Shown piece by piece: positions 37,860 through 52,620 of a stretch of DNA of 64,000 bases (position 1 is its first letter; every line of letters starts with the position of its first letter). A program made the translations under genes and the position numbers. The DNA is taken from positions 138,882,001 through 138,946,000 of the forward strand of contig CM059431.1 in the NCBI GenBank assembly GCA_030390025.1. The letters run 5' to 3'. A model generated the notes under the pieces. It was not told the DNA's origin. It did not search any database and saw only the letters and a program-made list of their open reading frames with translations. The stretch comes from Squalus acanthias. Taxonomy: Eukaryota.

Positions 37860-40600
37860 CATTATCGTTAATATCCCACCTAATCTAATCCCAACCTCCT
37901 GCTCACTACCCATTACCGTTAATATCCCACTTAGTCTAATCCCAACCTCCTGCTCACTACCCATTACTGTTAATATCCCACCTAGTCTAATCCCAACCTC
38001 CAGCTCACTACCCTTTACTGTTAATATCCCAAATAGTCTAATCCCAACCTCCAGCTCACTACCCATTACTGTTAATATCCCACCTAGTCAAATCCCAACC
38101 TCCAGCTCACTACCCATTACTGTTAATATCCCACCTAGTCTAATCCCAACCTCCTGCTCACTACCCATTACTGTTAATATCCCACCTAATCTAATCCCAA
38201 CCTCCAGCTCTACCCATTACTGTTAATATCCCACCTAGTCTAGCCCAACCTCCAGCTCACTACCCATTACTGTTAATATCCCACCTAGTCTAAGCCCAAC
38301 CTGCTGCTCACTACCCATTACCGTTAATATCCCACCTAGTCTAATCCCAACCTCCTGCTCACTACCCATTACCGTTAATATCCCACCTAGTCTAATCCCA
38401 ACCTCCTGCTCACTACCCATTACCGTTAATATCCCACCTAATCTAATTCCAACCTACTGCTCACTGTCCATTATCGTTAATATCCCACCTAATCTAATCC
38501 CAAACTCCTGCTCACTACCCATTACTGTTAATATCCCACCTAGTCTAATCCCAACCTCCAGCTCACTACCCATTACTGTTAATATCCCACCTAATCTAAT
38601 CCCAACCTCCTGCTCACTACCCATTACTGTTAATATCCCACCTAATCTAATCCCAACCTCCAGCTCACTACCCATTACTGTTAATATCCCACCTAGTCTA
38701 ATCCCAACCTCCTGCTCACTACCCATTACCGTTAATATCCCACCTAGTCTAATCCCAACCTCCTGCTCACTACCCATTACCGTTAATATCCCATCTAATC
38801 TAATCCCAACCTACTGCTCACTGTCCATTATCGTTAATATCCCACCTAATCTAATCCCAACCTCCTGCTCACTACCCATTACTGTTAATATCCCACCTAG
38901 TCTAATCCCAACCTCCAGCTCACTATCCATTACTGTTAATATCCCACCTAATCTAATCCCAACCTCCTACTCACTACCCATTACTGTTAATATCCCACCT
39001 AATCTAATCCCAACCTCCAGCTCACTACCCATTACTGTTAATATCACACCTAGTCTAATCCCAACCTCCTGCTCACTACCCATTACCGTTAATATCCCAC
39101 CTAGTCTAATCCCAATCTCCTGCTCACTACCCATTACCGTTAATATCCCACCTAGTCTAATCCCAATCTCCTGCTCACTGCCCATTACCATTGATATCCC
39201 ACCTAATCTAATCCCAACCTCCTGCTCCCTACCCATTACCGTTAATATCCCACCTAGGCTGATCCCAACCTCCTGCTCACTACCCATTACTGTTAATATC
39301 CCACCTAGTCTGATCCCAACCTCCTGCTCACTACCCATTACCGTTAATATCCCACCTAGTCTGATCCCAACCTCCTGCTCACTACCCATTACTGTTAATA
39401 TCCCACCTAGTCTGATCCCAACCTCCTGCTCACTACCCATTACTGTTAATATCCCACCTAGTCTGATCCCAACCTCCTGCTCACTACCCATTACCGTTAA
39501 TATCCCACCTAGTCTAATCCCAACCTCCTGCTCACTACCCATTACCGTTAATATCCCATCTAATCTAATCCCAACCTACTGCTCACTGTCCATTATCGTT
39601 AATATCCCACCTAATCTAATCCCAACCTCCTGCTCACTACCCATTACTGTTAATATCCCACCTAGTCTAATCCCAACCTCCAGCTCACTATCCATTACTG
39701 TTAATATCCCACCTAATCTAATCCCAACCTCCTACTCACTACCCATTACTGTTAATATCCCACCTAATCTAATCCCAACCTCCAGCTCACTACCCATTAC
39801 TGTTAATATCTCACCTAGTCTAATCCCAACCTCCTGCTCACTACACATTACCGTTAATATCCCACCTAGTCTAATCCGAACCTCCTGCTCACTACCCATT
39901 ACCGTTAATATCCCACCTAGTCTAATCCCAATCTCCTGCTCAATGCCCATTACCGTTGATATCCCACCTAATCTAATCCCAACCTCCTGCTCACTGCCCA
40001 TTACCGTTAATATCCCACCTAGTCTGATCCCAACCTCCTGCTCACTACCCATTACTGTTAATATCCCACCTAGTCTGATCCCAACCTCCTGCTCACTACC
40101 CATTACCGTTAATATCCCACCTAGTCTGATCCCAACCTCCTGCTCACTACCCATTACTGTTAATAACCCACCTAGTCTGATCCCAACCTCCTGCTCACTA
40201 CCCATTACTGTTAATATCCCACCTAGTCTGATCCCAACCTCCTGCTCACTACCCATTACCGTTAATATCCCACCTAGTCTAATCCCAACCTCCTGCTCAA
40301 AACCCATTACTGTTAATATCCCACCTAGTCTGATCCCAACCTCCTGCTCACTACCCATTACCTTTAATATCCCACCTAGTCTAATCCCAACCTCCTGCTC
40401 ACTACCCATTACTGTTAATATCCCACCTAGTCTGATCCCAAACTCCTGCTCACTACCCATTACTGTTAATATCCCACCTAGTCGAAGTCCAACCTCCTGC
40501 TCATGGCTCATTACCGTTAATATCACAACAAGTCAAATCCCAAACTTCTGCTCATTACTCATTATGCTTAATAACCCACATCGTCAAATCCCAATCTTCT
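37860..40600. repeat. 51-bp minisatellite in NLR intron
   Basis: Consensus CCATTACTGTTAATATCCCACCTAGTCTAATCCCAACCTCCTGCTCACTAC; 17-aa periodic ORFs; 765-bp (15-unit) block duplication. Confidence 0.96.
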
Positions 40601-41049
40601 GTCCATTCGTCATAATCTATCTTTCGTTTATCCAAGCAACAAAATAATTGTCCAGTACAAAAAAAGTTGTCGACTTACTTCCACAATAGTTAAGTGAGTG
40701 AATTATGCTTTCTAACCACCTCGTGCATAATAGCGTTAAATGTTCTGCGCCTGAGATCTTGGTGTGGAACATCACTCCCCAGGGCAAAAGATCAGGAAAT
40801 TGAACTCATTCAGTCTGTCCTTTCCAGCTTCTGTGTTCTGAGTGTGGAACGTCACTCGCCAGGAGAACCGCAGGAAATTGAGCTTATTCAGTCTGTAATT
40901 TCTTGTCTGCTAACTTTAATGAATGGATTTCTACTTAATTTTGGGTACGGAGAGCAAAGCTGGGGTGAAATATTGAGAGTTGCATAATTTTATATTCGTT
41001 CACTCTTTAGAATATTTATAATAGATCCTGTCATTTATTTAGTTTGAAT

Positions 41050-41720
41050 TTTCCTCCAGTTAAACATTGGGAACATTGAAGCATTGGATTCCACCCCCAC
41101 CACAAACACCGTTTCACCATTTAATTTCGACCCCCTCCCCGGCCACTCTCTGATGCTGAACTTGACTGTTCTCAACCCCGCCGTACTATTTGCGTTCGAG
41201 CTGAGCTTCCGACTCCATATCCTCTCCATGACAAATACAGTAGACTTCATCTCCATAACATTACCCGTCTCCACCGCTATCTCAGCTCATCTGCTGCTGA
41301 AGCCCTGATCCGTGCCTTTGTCTCCTCTAAACTCAATTATTCCAATGCTCCCTTGGCCGGACTCCCTTCCTCCGCCCACGGCAAACTTCAGCTCATCCAA
41401 AACTCTGCTGCCTCTACGCTGTCCCGCCCAGGGCCCACTCCGCTATCACTCGTGTTCTCACTCACATGTTGTGACTCCTGGCCCTCGAATGCCTCCAAAT
41501 GAAAATACCCATCCTCCAGTTCAAATCCCCTCATGGCCTCCCACTTTCCGATCTCTGTAAACTCCAGCAGGCCTACAGCAGCCCCGCAACTCTAGAATTA
41601 CCTGTTCCTCTAACTGTGGCACACCCTCCCCGCCTTCACCAGTGTTGGCCGAGCATTTAGTTGCATAAGGCCCCATGCTCTGAAATTCACTCCTCTCTGC
41701 CTTCAGCTCCTCCTTAACAA
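41050..41720 (+). mobile_element. Degenerate L2 LINE fragment
   Basis: FLQLNIG..EA, FHLHNITRL, ALIRAFVSSKLNYSNA, KLQLIQNSAA: L2 RT C-terminal motifs with frameshifts. Confidence 0.75.
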
Positions 41721-41997
41721 TTAGCAATTTCACGGAGTGTTACTCTAACTATTAATATCTCATCCTTCTTGTTCTAGTTTCACCATATTGATTTCCCATC
41801 ATTGCCTTAATTCAGGACGTTTACAGAATATTCATCCCCTATTCAGAATGGATCAATACCCAGTACCCAGGCCCACTGACTGCTTTCTATGCACAAAACA
41901 ACTGGGAGACCCCATGACTGAGCAGATCCTTTCCTTCTCATTCTCAGGGTTTGTATTTCACTCCGCTCCTCAATACATTCATTATTATTCGTTACAG

Positions 41998-42169
41998 AAA
42001 GTCACTGAGCTCGTGGAGAAGGGAAACCGGGCGGACAGTTCCAAACTCCTCCTAAATCTGGTGATGGAGAAAGGCTCTCGGGCCCGAAGGATGATGTGGG
42101 AATCCTTTGTGAAAATGCGCCATGGGGTGCCAAAGCTGGACAAAATACTGAAAGAAATGCAAGAACGTG
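41998..42169 (+). CDS. NLR coding exon 3 (C-terminal half of CARD-like domain)
   Basis: Acceptor GTTACAG, donor G/GTACGG; KVTELVEKGNRADSSKLLLNLVMEKGSRARRMMWESFVKMRHGVPKLDKILKEMQER; phase 0 to 1. Confidence 0.85.
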
Positions 42170-42274
42170 GTACGGTAAAATCACTCACTGAATTCAATTT
42201 CAGATTCAAACTCTGCAGAATTTATTATAATATTACACAGATCTGAGTTCATGAAATTTAATTGATTTAAACAG

Positions 42275-42340
42275 GTTCTGAACCAATTGATTACATGAAC
42301 ATCGCACGAGGTTTATCCAAAGTACCCACTCACCTGAAAG
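42275..42340 (+). CDS. NLR coding exon 4 (linker GSEPIDYMNIARGLSKVPTHLK)
   Basis: Acceptor AAACAG, donor AAG/GTCAGT; 66 nt, phase 1 to 1, joins the NACHT exon as ..HLK-DVQQKH. Confidence 0.78.
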
Positions 42341-42619
42341 GTCAGTGATGACATGGAGATTTCAAACCATTTCTGTTACATCTGAGAATCAGAATATTTG
42401 ACTGTAGCCATTTGTTCAGAGGTTGTCATTATCTTGGAATCATACGGTCAAAGGCTGAGGATAAAAAATAAATGTTTCTCTGGAGTTTTCAATCTGAAAA
42501 TCTTCTGTGTAAATTGCAGTTACCATTCGGTGAGATTTCTGAATTTTTCTAAATTTGCAGATTTTTTTATTACTCCAGTAAATCCAGGTGCAGATTGCTA
42601 TCAGTTGTGAAACTCCATC

Positions 42620-43620
42620 TAAACCTGGCAGGATCCTGGTTCACTGTGAAACCCCATACACATCTGGCAGAATTCCGATACACTGTGAAAACCCAAACAC
42701 ACCTGGCAGAATCCCGATACATTGTGAAAACCCCATACACACCTGGCAGGATTCTGATACACAGTGAAACTTCATGCACACCTGGTAGGATCCCGATACA
42801 CTGCGATACCCTATACACACCTGGCAGGATCCCGATATAATGTGAAACAACATAATTACCTGGTAGGATCCCGATACATTGTGAAACCATATACAGACCT
42901 GGCAGGATCCCGACACACTGTGAAAACTATACAAACCTCGAAGGATCCTGATACACTGTGAAACTCCATACACACCTGGCAGGATCCTGATACACTGTGA
43001 AACCCAATATAAGCATGAGAGGATACTGATACACTGTGAAACCCCATACACTACTGGCAGGATCCTGATACACTGTGAAACCACATACAAACCTGGCAGG
43101 ATCCTGATACACTGTGAAACCCCATAGACACCTGCAGTATCCCGATAGACTGTGAAACGCCTTACACACATGGCAGGATCCTGATACACTATTAAACCCC
43201 ATACACACCTGGCAGGATCCCTATACACTATGAAACCCCATACACACCAGGCTGGATCCCTATACACTGTGAAACCCCATACACACTTGGCAGGACAACG
43301 ATACATTGTGAAACCCCATACACACCTGACAGGATGCTGACTCACTGTGAAACCCCATACACACCTGGCAGGATACTGATACACTGTGAAACCCAAGACA
43401 TACCTGGCACGATCCTGAGACACTGCGATACCCCATACATACCTGGCAGGATCGTGGTACTCTATGAAACCCCAGACCCACCTGGCAGGATCCTGATACA
43501 CTGTGAAATCCCATACACACGTGGCAGGTTCCTGATAAACTGTGAAACCCCATACTGACCTGACAGGATCCCGATACATTGTGAAACGCCATACACACCT
43601 GAGAGGTTCCTGATATACAG
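42620..43620. repeat. 39-bp satellite, array 3 (inside NLR intron)
   Basis: Same unit and orientation as arrays 1 and 2. Confidence 0.95.
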
Positions 43621-44671
43621 CGAAAGAAAGGACCGTGAGCCTGATGTTGAAGTTACTGTGCCACTGGGTTTCTATTCTAGCATAAGCTGTCGGAAAAATG
43701 CTTGAGAAATGGGAAACAGTGAAGTATTTTCATTGTACATCACATCATGAACCGTCGATTGTGTTCGATCCAGTCTGAGAAGACGTGCAGATGTTCACAC
43801 AATCAATCATTAACTGAGGAGGAACATGCAGAAAAGGCCATGTTATGCATGATTAGGACTTGATTGGACCGATTCCACCTGGCAGTGAAACAGACAAACT
43901 AGGCACAGAGAAGCTTATTGTATTGAAGGAAGCGTCTTTTCATTCAGGAGGATTTTGAATCACAATTTACTGATTATCAGAATCATATTTTTAATTTTCA
44001 AAACTTATTGTAGGAAACTCGTATCCAAATGAAAAGACGGAGTGGAATTATTGTTACAGTTCAAATGACCTCTCAATCTTTTCTTCTCTAACGTAATACT
44101 GAGTGAAATGGACGGTAGTTTTATTTCTGATTCTAATCGGTTACTTGATGAGACTGTTATATGAAGAAAAGAATGTGAGTGTAAAATCACTGAAAAACTG
44201 TTCACATTTTGTGAAACACAACAGGAGGAGGTTTAAGGGAACAAAAGACCACTTTGGTTAAAACAATTCTGCCCCTGTTAGAGATGAACCCACATGCCCC
44301 TCCTCTCAGTGTAGCCACTTAAGCAAAAACAATTGTCCCTTGTCCCCACTTACACTGCCGCTTAGTGTCCTCTTACTAATATTTTTTGAAAAAGATGAGC
44401 CTGATTTCCCTTCTAACTCCTGGCTTCCACATGTCAGTTATGTCTATTAATAGATTGTGCTCGTTAAGTTTCTTTCCTGTTATAATTTAGGGAATTCTGT
44501 TGGAACATCTGGTCAATATTTCAATATTCGAACAATCTTCTTGAAAACAAAACAAGTCATTTGCCGCAACTTTTGCTCTGCCTTAATTCCTGTTGCACAT
44601 AATCATCTTATTTCTCTCTGCACATTCACCGATTCAAAAATATTTATCCTGTGAATACACGTGCAAACAAT

Positions 44672-47600
44672 ACCTGCCCAGGACCTGACACACTAACGGT
44701 GGAACTTCTGTCCTTTCACAATCTGTCCCTCTCCCAGTGCCCACACTACTCCAGATAACCTGCGCTGGATCTGACACACTAACGGTGGAACTTCTGTCCA
44801 TTCACAGTCTGTCTCTGTCCCAGTGAGCCCACTACCACAGATAACCTGCCAAGGACCTGACACACGAACGGTGGAACTTCTGTCCATTCACAGTCTGTCT
44901 CTCTCCCAGTGAGCACACTACCCCAGATAACCTGTCCAGGAGCTGACACACTAACGGTGGAACATCTGCACATACACAGTCTGTCCCTCTCCCAGTGCCA
45001 AACTGCCCCAGATAACCTGCCCAGGACCGGACACACTAACGGTGGAACTTCTGTCCATTCACAGTCTGTCCCTCTCCTAATTCACACACTACCCCAGATA
45101 ACCTGGCCAGGACCTGACACACTAACGGGGGAACTTCTGTCCATTCACAGTCTGTCCCTCTCCCAGTGCCCACACTACACCAGATAACCTGCGAAGGATC
45201 TGACACACGAACGGTGGAACATCTGTCCATTCACTGTCTGTCTCTCTCCCAGTTAGCACACTACCCCAGATAACCTGTCCAAGAGCTGACACACTAACGG
45301 TGGAACATCTGCACATACACAGTCTTTCCCTCTCCCAGTGAGCACACCAGCCCAGATAACCTGTCCAGCAGCTGACACACTAACGGTGGAACTTCTGCAC
45401 ATTCACAGATTCTCCCTCTCATGTGCCCACACTACCACAAATAATCTTCCCATGAGCTGACACACTAACGCTGCAACTTCTGTACATTCACAGTCTGTCC
45501 CTCTCCCAGTGCCCACAGTACCCAAATAACCAGCCCAAGGCCTGACACACTAACGTGGAAATTCTGTCCATTCAAAGTATGTCCCTCTCCTAATGCAAAC
45601 ACTACCCCAGATAACCTGCCCACGACCTGAAACACTAACGTGAAAATTATATCCATTCACAGTCTTTCCCTCTCCTAATGCACACACTACCCCAGATACT
45701 CTGCCCAGGAATTGCCACACTAACGAGATAAATTCTGTACATTCACAGTCTTTCCCTCTCCCAGTGCCCACACTAACACAGATAATCTGCCCAGGACCTG
45801 ACATACTAACGGTGGAACTTCTATCCATTCACAGTCTGTCCCACTCCCAATGCATTCACTATCCCAGGTAACCTGCCCAGGACCTGACACACTAACGTGT
45901 AAATTCTGTCCATTCACAGTCTGACCCTTTCCCAGTGCCCACACTACCCCTGATAACCAGCCCAGGAGCTGGCAAACTAACGGTGGAACTGCAGTACATT
46001 CACTCTTTCCCTCTCCCAGTGTCCAAACTACACCAGATAACGTGCCCAGGTCCTGACGCACTAACTGATAAACTTCTGCACCTTCACAGTCTTTCCCTCT
46101 CCCAGTGCCCACACTACCCCAGTTAATCTGCCCAGGACCTGACACACTAATGGTGAAAATTCTGTCAATTCACAGTCTCACCCTCTCCTAATGCACACAC
46201 TACCCCAGAGAACCTGCCCAGGACCTGACACACTAACGAGGGACTTTCTGTCAATTCACAGTCTGTCCCTTTCCCAAGGCCCACACTGCCCCAGATAACC
46301 TGCCCAGGACCTGACACACTAACGGTGGAACTTCTGTCCATTCACAGTCTGTCCCTCTCCCAGTGCCCTCAATACCCCAGATAACCTGCGCAACAACTCA
46401 CACACTAACGGTGGAACTTCTGTCCATTCACAGTCTGTCCCTCTCCCAGTGCCCACAATGCCCCAGATAATCTGCCCAGGACCTGACACACTAACGGTGG
46501 AACTTATGTACATTCACAGTCTGTCCCTCTCCTAATTCACACACTACCCCAGATAACCTGCACAGGACCTGACACACTAACGGTGGAACTTATGTACATT
46601 CACAGTCTGTCCCTCTCCTAATTCACACACTACCCCAGATAACCTGCCAAGGACCTGACACACTAACGGTGGAACTTCTGTACATTCACAGCCTGTCCCT
46701 CTCCCAGTGCCCACACTACCCCAGATAACCTGCCCAGGACCTGACACACTAACGGTGGAACTTCTGTCCTTTCACAGTCTGTCCCTCTCCCAGTGCCCAC
46801 ACTACTCCAGATAACCTGCGCTGGATCTGACACACTAACGGTGGAACTTCTGTCCATTCACAGTCTGTCTCTCTCCCAGTGAGCACACTACCACAGATAA
46901 CCTGCCCAGGACCTGACACACGAACGGTGGAACTTCTGTCCATTCACAGTCTGTCTCTCTCCCAGTGAGCACACTACCCCAGATAACCTGTCCAGGAGCT
47001 GACACACTAACGGTGGAACATCTGCACATACACAGTCTGTCCCTCTCCCAGTGCCAAACTGCCCCAGATAACCTGCCCAGGACCGGACACACGAACGGTT
47101 GAACTTCTGACCATTCACAGTCTGTCTCTCTCCCAGTGAGCACACTAGCCCAGATAACCTGTCCAGGAGCTGACACACTAACGGTGGAACATCTGCACAT
47201 ACACAGTCTGTCCCTCTCCCAGTGCCAAACTGCCCCAGATAACCTGCCCAGGACCGGACACACTAACGGTGGAAATTCTGTCCATTCACAGTCTGTCCCT
47301 CTCCTAATTCACACACTACCCCAGATAACCTGGCCAGGACCTGACACACTAACGGGGGAACTTCTGTCCATTCACAGTCTGTCCCTCTCCCAGTGCCCAC
47401 ACTACACCAGATAACCTGCGAAGGATCTGACACACGAACGGTGGAACATCTGTCCTTTCACAGTCTGTCTCTCTCCCAGTTAGCACACTACCCCAGATAA
47501 CCTGTCCAGGAGCTGACACACTAACGGTGGAACTTCTGTACATTCACAGTCTGTCCCTCTCCCAGTGGCCACAGTACCCAAATAACCAGCCCAAGGCCTG

Positions 47601-50600
47601 ACACACTAACGTGGAAATTATGTCCATTCAAAGTATGTCCCTCTCCTAATGCAAACACTACCCCAGATAATCTGCCCACGACCTGACACACTAACGTGAA
47701 AATTATATCCATTCACAGTCTTTCCCTCTCCTAATGCACACACTACCCCAGATACTCTGCCCAGGAATTGCCACACTAACGAGATAAATTCTGTACATTC
47801 ACAGTCTTTCCCTCTCCCAGTGCCCACACTAACACAGATAACCTGCCCAGGACCTGACATACTAACGGTGGAACTTCTATCCATTCACAGTCTGTCCCAC
47901 TCCCAATGCATTCACTATCCCAGGTAACCTGCCCAGGACCTGACACACTAACGTGTAAATTCTGTCCATTCACACTCTTTCCCTCTCCCAGTGTCCAAAC
48001 TACACCAGATAACGTGCCCAGGTCCTGACTCACTAACTGATAAACTTCTGCACCTTCACAGTCTTTCCCTCTCCCAGTGCCCACACTACCCCAGTTAATC
48101 TGCCCAGGACCTGACACACTAATGGTGAAAATTCTGTCAATTCACAGTCTCACCCTCTCCTAATGCACACACTACCCCAGAGAACCTGCCCAGGACCTGA
48201 CACACTAACGAAGGAACTTCTGTCCATTCACAGTCTGTCCCTTTCCCAAGGCCCACACTGCCCCAGATAACCTGCCCAGGACCTGACACACTAACGGTGG
48301 AACTTCTGTCCATTCACAGTCTGTCCCTCTCCCAGTGCCCTCAATACCCCAGATAACCTGCGCAACAACTGACACACTAACGGTGGAACTTCTGTCCATT
48401 CACAGTCTATCCCTCTCCCAGTGCCCACAATGCCCCAGATAACCTGCCCAGGACCTGACACACTAACGGTGGAACTTCTGTCCATTCACAGTCTGTCCCT
48501 CTCCCAGTGCCCTCAATACCCCAGATAACCTGCGCAACAACTGACACACTAACGGTGGAACTTCTGTCCATTCACAGTCTATCCCTCTCCCAGTGCCCAC
48601 AATGCCCCAGATAACCTGCACAGGACCTGAAACACTAACGGTGGAACTTCTGTCCATTCACAGTCTGTCCCTCTCCCAGTGCCCACACTACCCCAGATAA
48701 CCTGCCAAGGAGCTGACACACTAACGGTGGAACTTCTGTACATTCACTCCTTCCCTCTCCCAGTGTCCAAACTACCCCAGATAACCTGCCCAGGAGCTGA
48801 CACACGAACGGTGCAACGTCTGTACATTCACAGTCTGTCCTTCTCCCAGTGCCCACACTAACCCAGATAAACTGCCCAGGACCTGACACACTAACGGTGC
48901 AACGTCTGTACATTCACAGTCTGTCCCTCTACCAATGCCCACACTACCCAGATAACCTGCCCACGACCTGACACACTAACGTGGAAATTCTGTCCATTCA
49001 CAGTCTGTCCCTCTCCTAATGCACACACTACCCCAGATAACCTGCCCAGGACCTGACACACTAACGGTGGAAAATCTGTACATTCACAGTCTGTCTCTCT
49101 CCCAGTGTCCACACTTCCCCAGATAACCAGACTAGGAACTGACACACTAACGGTGGAACTTCTGTACCTTCACAGTCTGTCCCTCTCACAGTGCCCACAC
49201 TATCCCAGATAACCTGCCCAAGACCTGATACACTATCTGTGGAACTTCTGTCCATTCACAGTCTGTCCCTCTCCCAGTGCCCAAACCAGCACAGATAACC
49301 TGCCCAAGGTCTGAAACACGAACGGTTGAATTTCTGTACATTCACAGACAGTCCCACTCCCAATGCCTTCACTAACCCAGATGCACTGCCCAGGAGTTGA
49401 TACACTAACGCTGGAACCTCTGTTCATTCACAGTCTGTCCCTCTCCCAGTGCCCACACTACCCCAGATAACCTGCCCAGGACCTGACACACTAACGGTGG
49501 AACTTCTGTACATTCACAGACTGTCGCTCTCCCAGTGCCCACACTACCCCAGATAACCTGCCCAGGACCTGACACACTAACGGTGGAACTTCTGTACATT
49601 CACAGACTGTCGCTCTCCCAGTGCCCACACTACGGCAGATAACCTGCCCAGGACCTGACACTCTAACGGTGGAACTTCTGTCCATTCACAGTCTGTCCCT
49701 CTCCAGTGTCCACACTACCCCGGATAACCTGCCCAGGACCTGACACACTAACGGTGGAACTTCTGTACATTCACAATCTGTCCCTTTCCCAGTGCCCACA
49801 CTACCCCAGATAACCTGCCCAGGGCCTGACACACTAACGGTGGAACTTCTGTACATTCACAGTCTGTCCCTCTCCCAGTGAACACACTACCCCAGATAAC
49901 ATGAACAAGGTCTGACACACTAACGGTGAAACCTTTGTAAATTCACAGACTGTCGCTCTCCCAGTGCGCACACTACTGCAGAAAACCTGCCCAGGATCTG
50001 ACACACTAACGGTGAACCTTCGGTTCATTCACAGTGTGTCCCTCTCCCAGTGCACACACCAACCCAGATAACCTGCCCAGGACCTGACACACTAACGGTG
50101 GAACTACTGTACATTCACAGTCTGACCCTCTCCCAGTGCCCACACTACCCCAGATAACCTGCCCAGGCCCTGACACACTAAGTTGTAAACTTCTGTCCAT
50201 TCACAGTCTGACCCTCTCCCAGTGCCTGCAGTACCCCAGATAACCAGCCCAGGACCAGACATACTAACGGTGGAACGTATGTACATTCACAGTCTGTCCA
50301 TCTTCCAGTGCACACACTAACCAGATAAACTACCCAAGGTCTGACACACTAACCGTGGAGCTTCTGTACATTCACAGTCTGTCCCTATCCCAATGCCCAC
50401 ACTATCCCAGATAACCTGCCCAATGACTTACACACTAACGGTGGAACATCTGTACATTCGCAGACGGTCCCTCTCCCATTGCCCACACTACCCCAGATAA
50501 CCTGCCCAGGACCAGACACACTACCGGTGTAACTTCTGTACATTCACAGTATGTCCCTCTCCCAGTGCACACACTGCCCCAGATAACCTGTCCACGGCCT

Positions 50601-51600
50601 GAACACTAACGGTGGAACTTCTGTACATTCACAGTCTGTCCCTCTCCCAGTGAACACACTACCCCAGATAACATGAACAAGGTCTGACACACTAACGGTG
50701 AAACCTTTGTAAATTCACAGACTGTCGCTCTCCCAGTGCGCACACTACTGCAGAAAACCTGCCCAGGATCTGACACACTAACGGTGAACCTTCGGTTCAT
50801 TCACAGTGTGTCCCTCTCCCAGTGCACACACCAACCCAGATAACCTGCCCAGGACCTGACACACTAACGGTGGAACTACTGTACATTCACAGTCTGACCC
50901 TCTCCCAGTGCCCACACTACCCCAGATAACCTGCCCAGGCCCTGACACACTAAGTTGTAAACTTCTGTCCATTCACAGTCTGACCCTCTCCCAGTGCCTG
51001 CAGTACCCCAGATAACCAGCCCAGGACCAGACATACTAACGGTGGAACGTATGTACATTCACAGTCTGTCCATCTCCCAGTGCACACACTAACCAGATAA
51101 ACTACCCAAGGTCTGACACACTAACCGTGGAGCTGCTGTACATTCACAGTCTGTCCCTATCCCAATGCCCACACTATCCCAGATAACCTGCCCAATGACT
51201 TACACACTAACGGTGGAACATCTGTACATTCGCAGTCGGTCCCTCTCCCATTGCCCACACTACCCCAGATAACCTGCCCAGGACCAGACACACTACCGGT
51301 GTAACTTCTGTACATTCACAGTATGTCCCTCTCCCAGTGCACACACTGCCCCAGATAACCTGTCCACGGCCTGACACACTAGCGGTGGAATTTCTGTACA
51401 TTCACAGTGTGACCCTCTCCCAGTGCTCGCACTCGCGCAGAAAACCTGCCCTGACACAGCTACGGTGGATCTTCTGTCCATTCAAAGTCTGTCCCTTTCC
51501 CAGTGCCCACTCTACCCCAAATAATATGCCCAGGACATGACACAGTAAAGGTGGAACTTCTGTACATTCTCAGTCTGTCCCTCTCACAGTGCGCACACTT
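44672..51600. repeat. 86-bp minisatellite in NLR intron
   Basis: Consensus CCCAGATAACCTGCCCAGGACCTGACACACTAACGGTGGAACTTCTGTCCATTCACAGTCTGTCCCTCTCCCAGTGCCCACACTAC; block duplications at offsets ~2056-2227 and 772. Confidence 0.96.
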
Positions 51601-51601
51601 C

Positions 51602-52273
51602 CGAAAAATGCAATGGAATGTTGGCCTTTATTGCAAGGGTGGTTGGAGTATAAAACAAAGAAGTCCTACTACAAATGTACAGGGTATTGGTTAGACCACA
51701 CCTTCAGTACTTCGTACAGTTTTGGTCTCCTTATTTAAGGAAGGATATACTTGCATTGGAGGCAGTTCAGAGACGATTCAACGGTTGATTCCTGAGATGA
51801 GGGGGTTGGCCTATGAAGAATGGTTGAGCAGGTTGGGCCTATACTTATTGGAATTTAGAAGAATGAGAGGTGATCTTACGGTAACATATAAGATACTGAG
51901 GGGGCACGACAAGGTAGATGCAGAAAAGATATTTCCGCTCGTGGGGAAATCTAGAACTCGGGGGCATATTTTCAGAATAGAGGGTCGCCCTTTTAGAACT
52001 GAGATGAGGAGGAATTTCTTCTCTCAGTGGGTCGTAAACCTGCGGAATTCTCTGCCCCAGAGCGTCGTGGAGGCTGGGTCATTAAACGTTTTAGTCTGGA
52101 GATAGACAGATTTTTGCAAGCTAAGGGAATGAAGTGTTATGGGGAATGGGCGGTGAAGTGGCTTTGAGCCCAAGATAAGCCATGATCAATTGAATGGCGG
52201 AGCAGGCTCGAGGGGCCAAGTGGCCTATTCCTGCTCTATTTCTTATGTTCTTATGTGCTTATGTTCTTATGTT
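51602..52273 (+). mobile_element. CR1 3' fragment inserted in the 86-bp array
   Basis: NGMLAFIA, LVRPHL, EFRRMRGDL, FRTEMRRNFFSQ; CR1 3'UTR and (TTATGTTC)n tail. Confidence 0.93.
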
Positions 52274-52620
52274 ACCCCAGGTAAACTCCCCAGGACCTGA
52301 CACACTAACGGTGGAACCTCTGTACATTCACAGTCTACCCGTCTCCCAGTACCCACACTAACCCCAGATAACCTGCCCAAGACCTGACACACTAACGGTG
52401 GAACTTCTGTCCATTCGCAGCCTTTCCCACTCCCAGTGCCCACACTACCCAAGATAACCTGACACACTAACGGTGGAACTTCTGTACATTCACAGTCTGA
52501 CCCTCTCCCAGTGCCCACACTACCCAAGATAACCTGACACACTAACGGTGGAGCTTCTGTCCATTCACAATCTGTCCCCCGCCCAGTTCCCACACTACCC
52601 CAGATAACTTGCCCAAGGTC
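52274..52620. repeat. 86-bp minisatellite, right remnant (includes shortened units)
   Basis: Same unit resumes after the CR1 tail. Confidence 0.9.

Noticed and set aside
37812..40647. 17-aa repeat proteins (MGSEQEVGIRLGGILTV) and the mirror ORF
   Set aside because: 51-bp intronic minisatellite with scattered stops.
1..43620. RAG recombination signals: the 39-mer consensus contains CACTGTG (reverse complement of heptamer CACAGTG)
   Set aside because: No ACAAAAACC-like nonamer at 12 or 23 nt spacing on either strand of the consensus, and no V/J segments. At most these are cryptic heptamers.
44693..52593. Many 64-aa ORFs resembling a small gene family
   Set aside because: Produced by frame rotation through an 86-bp tandem unit.
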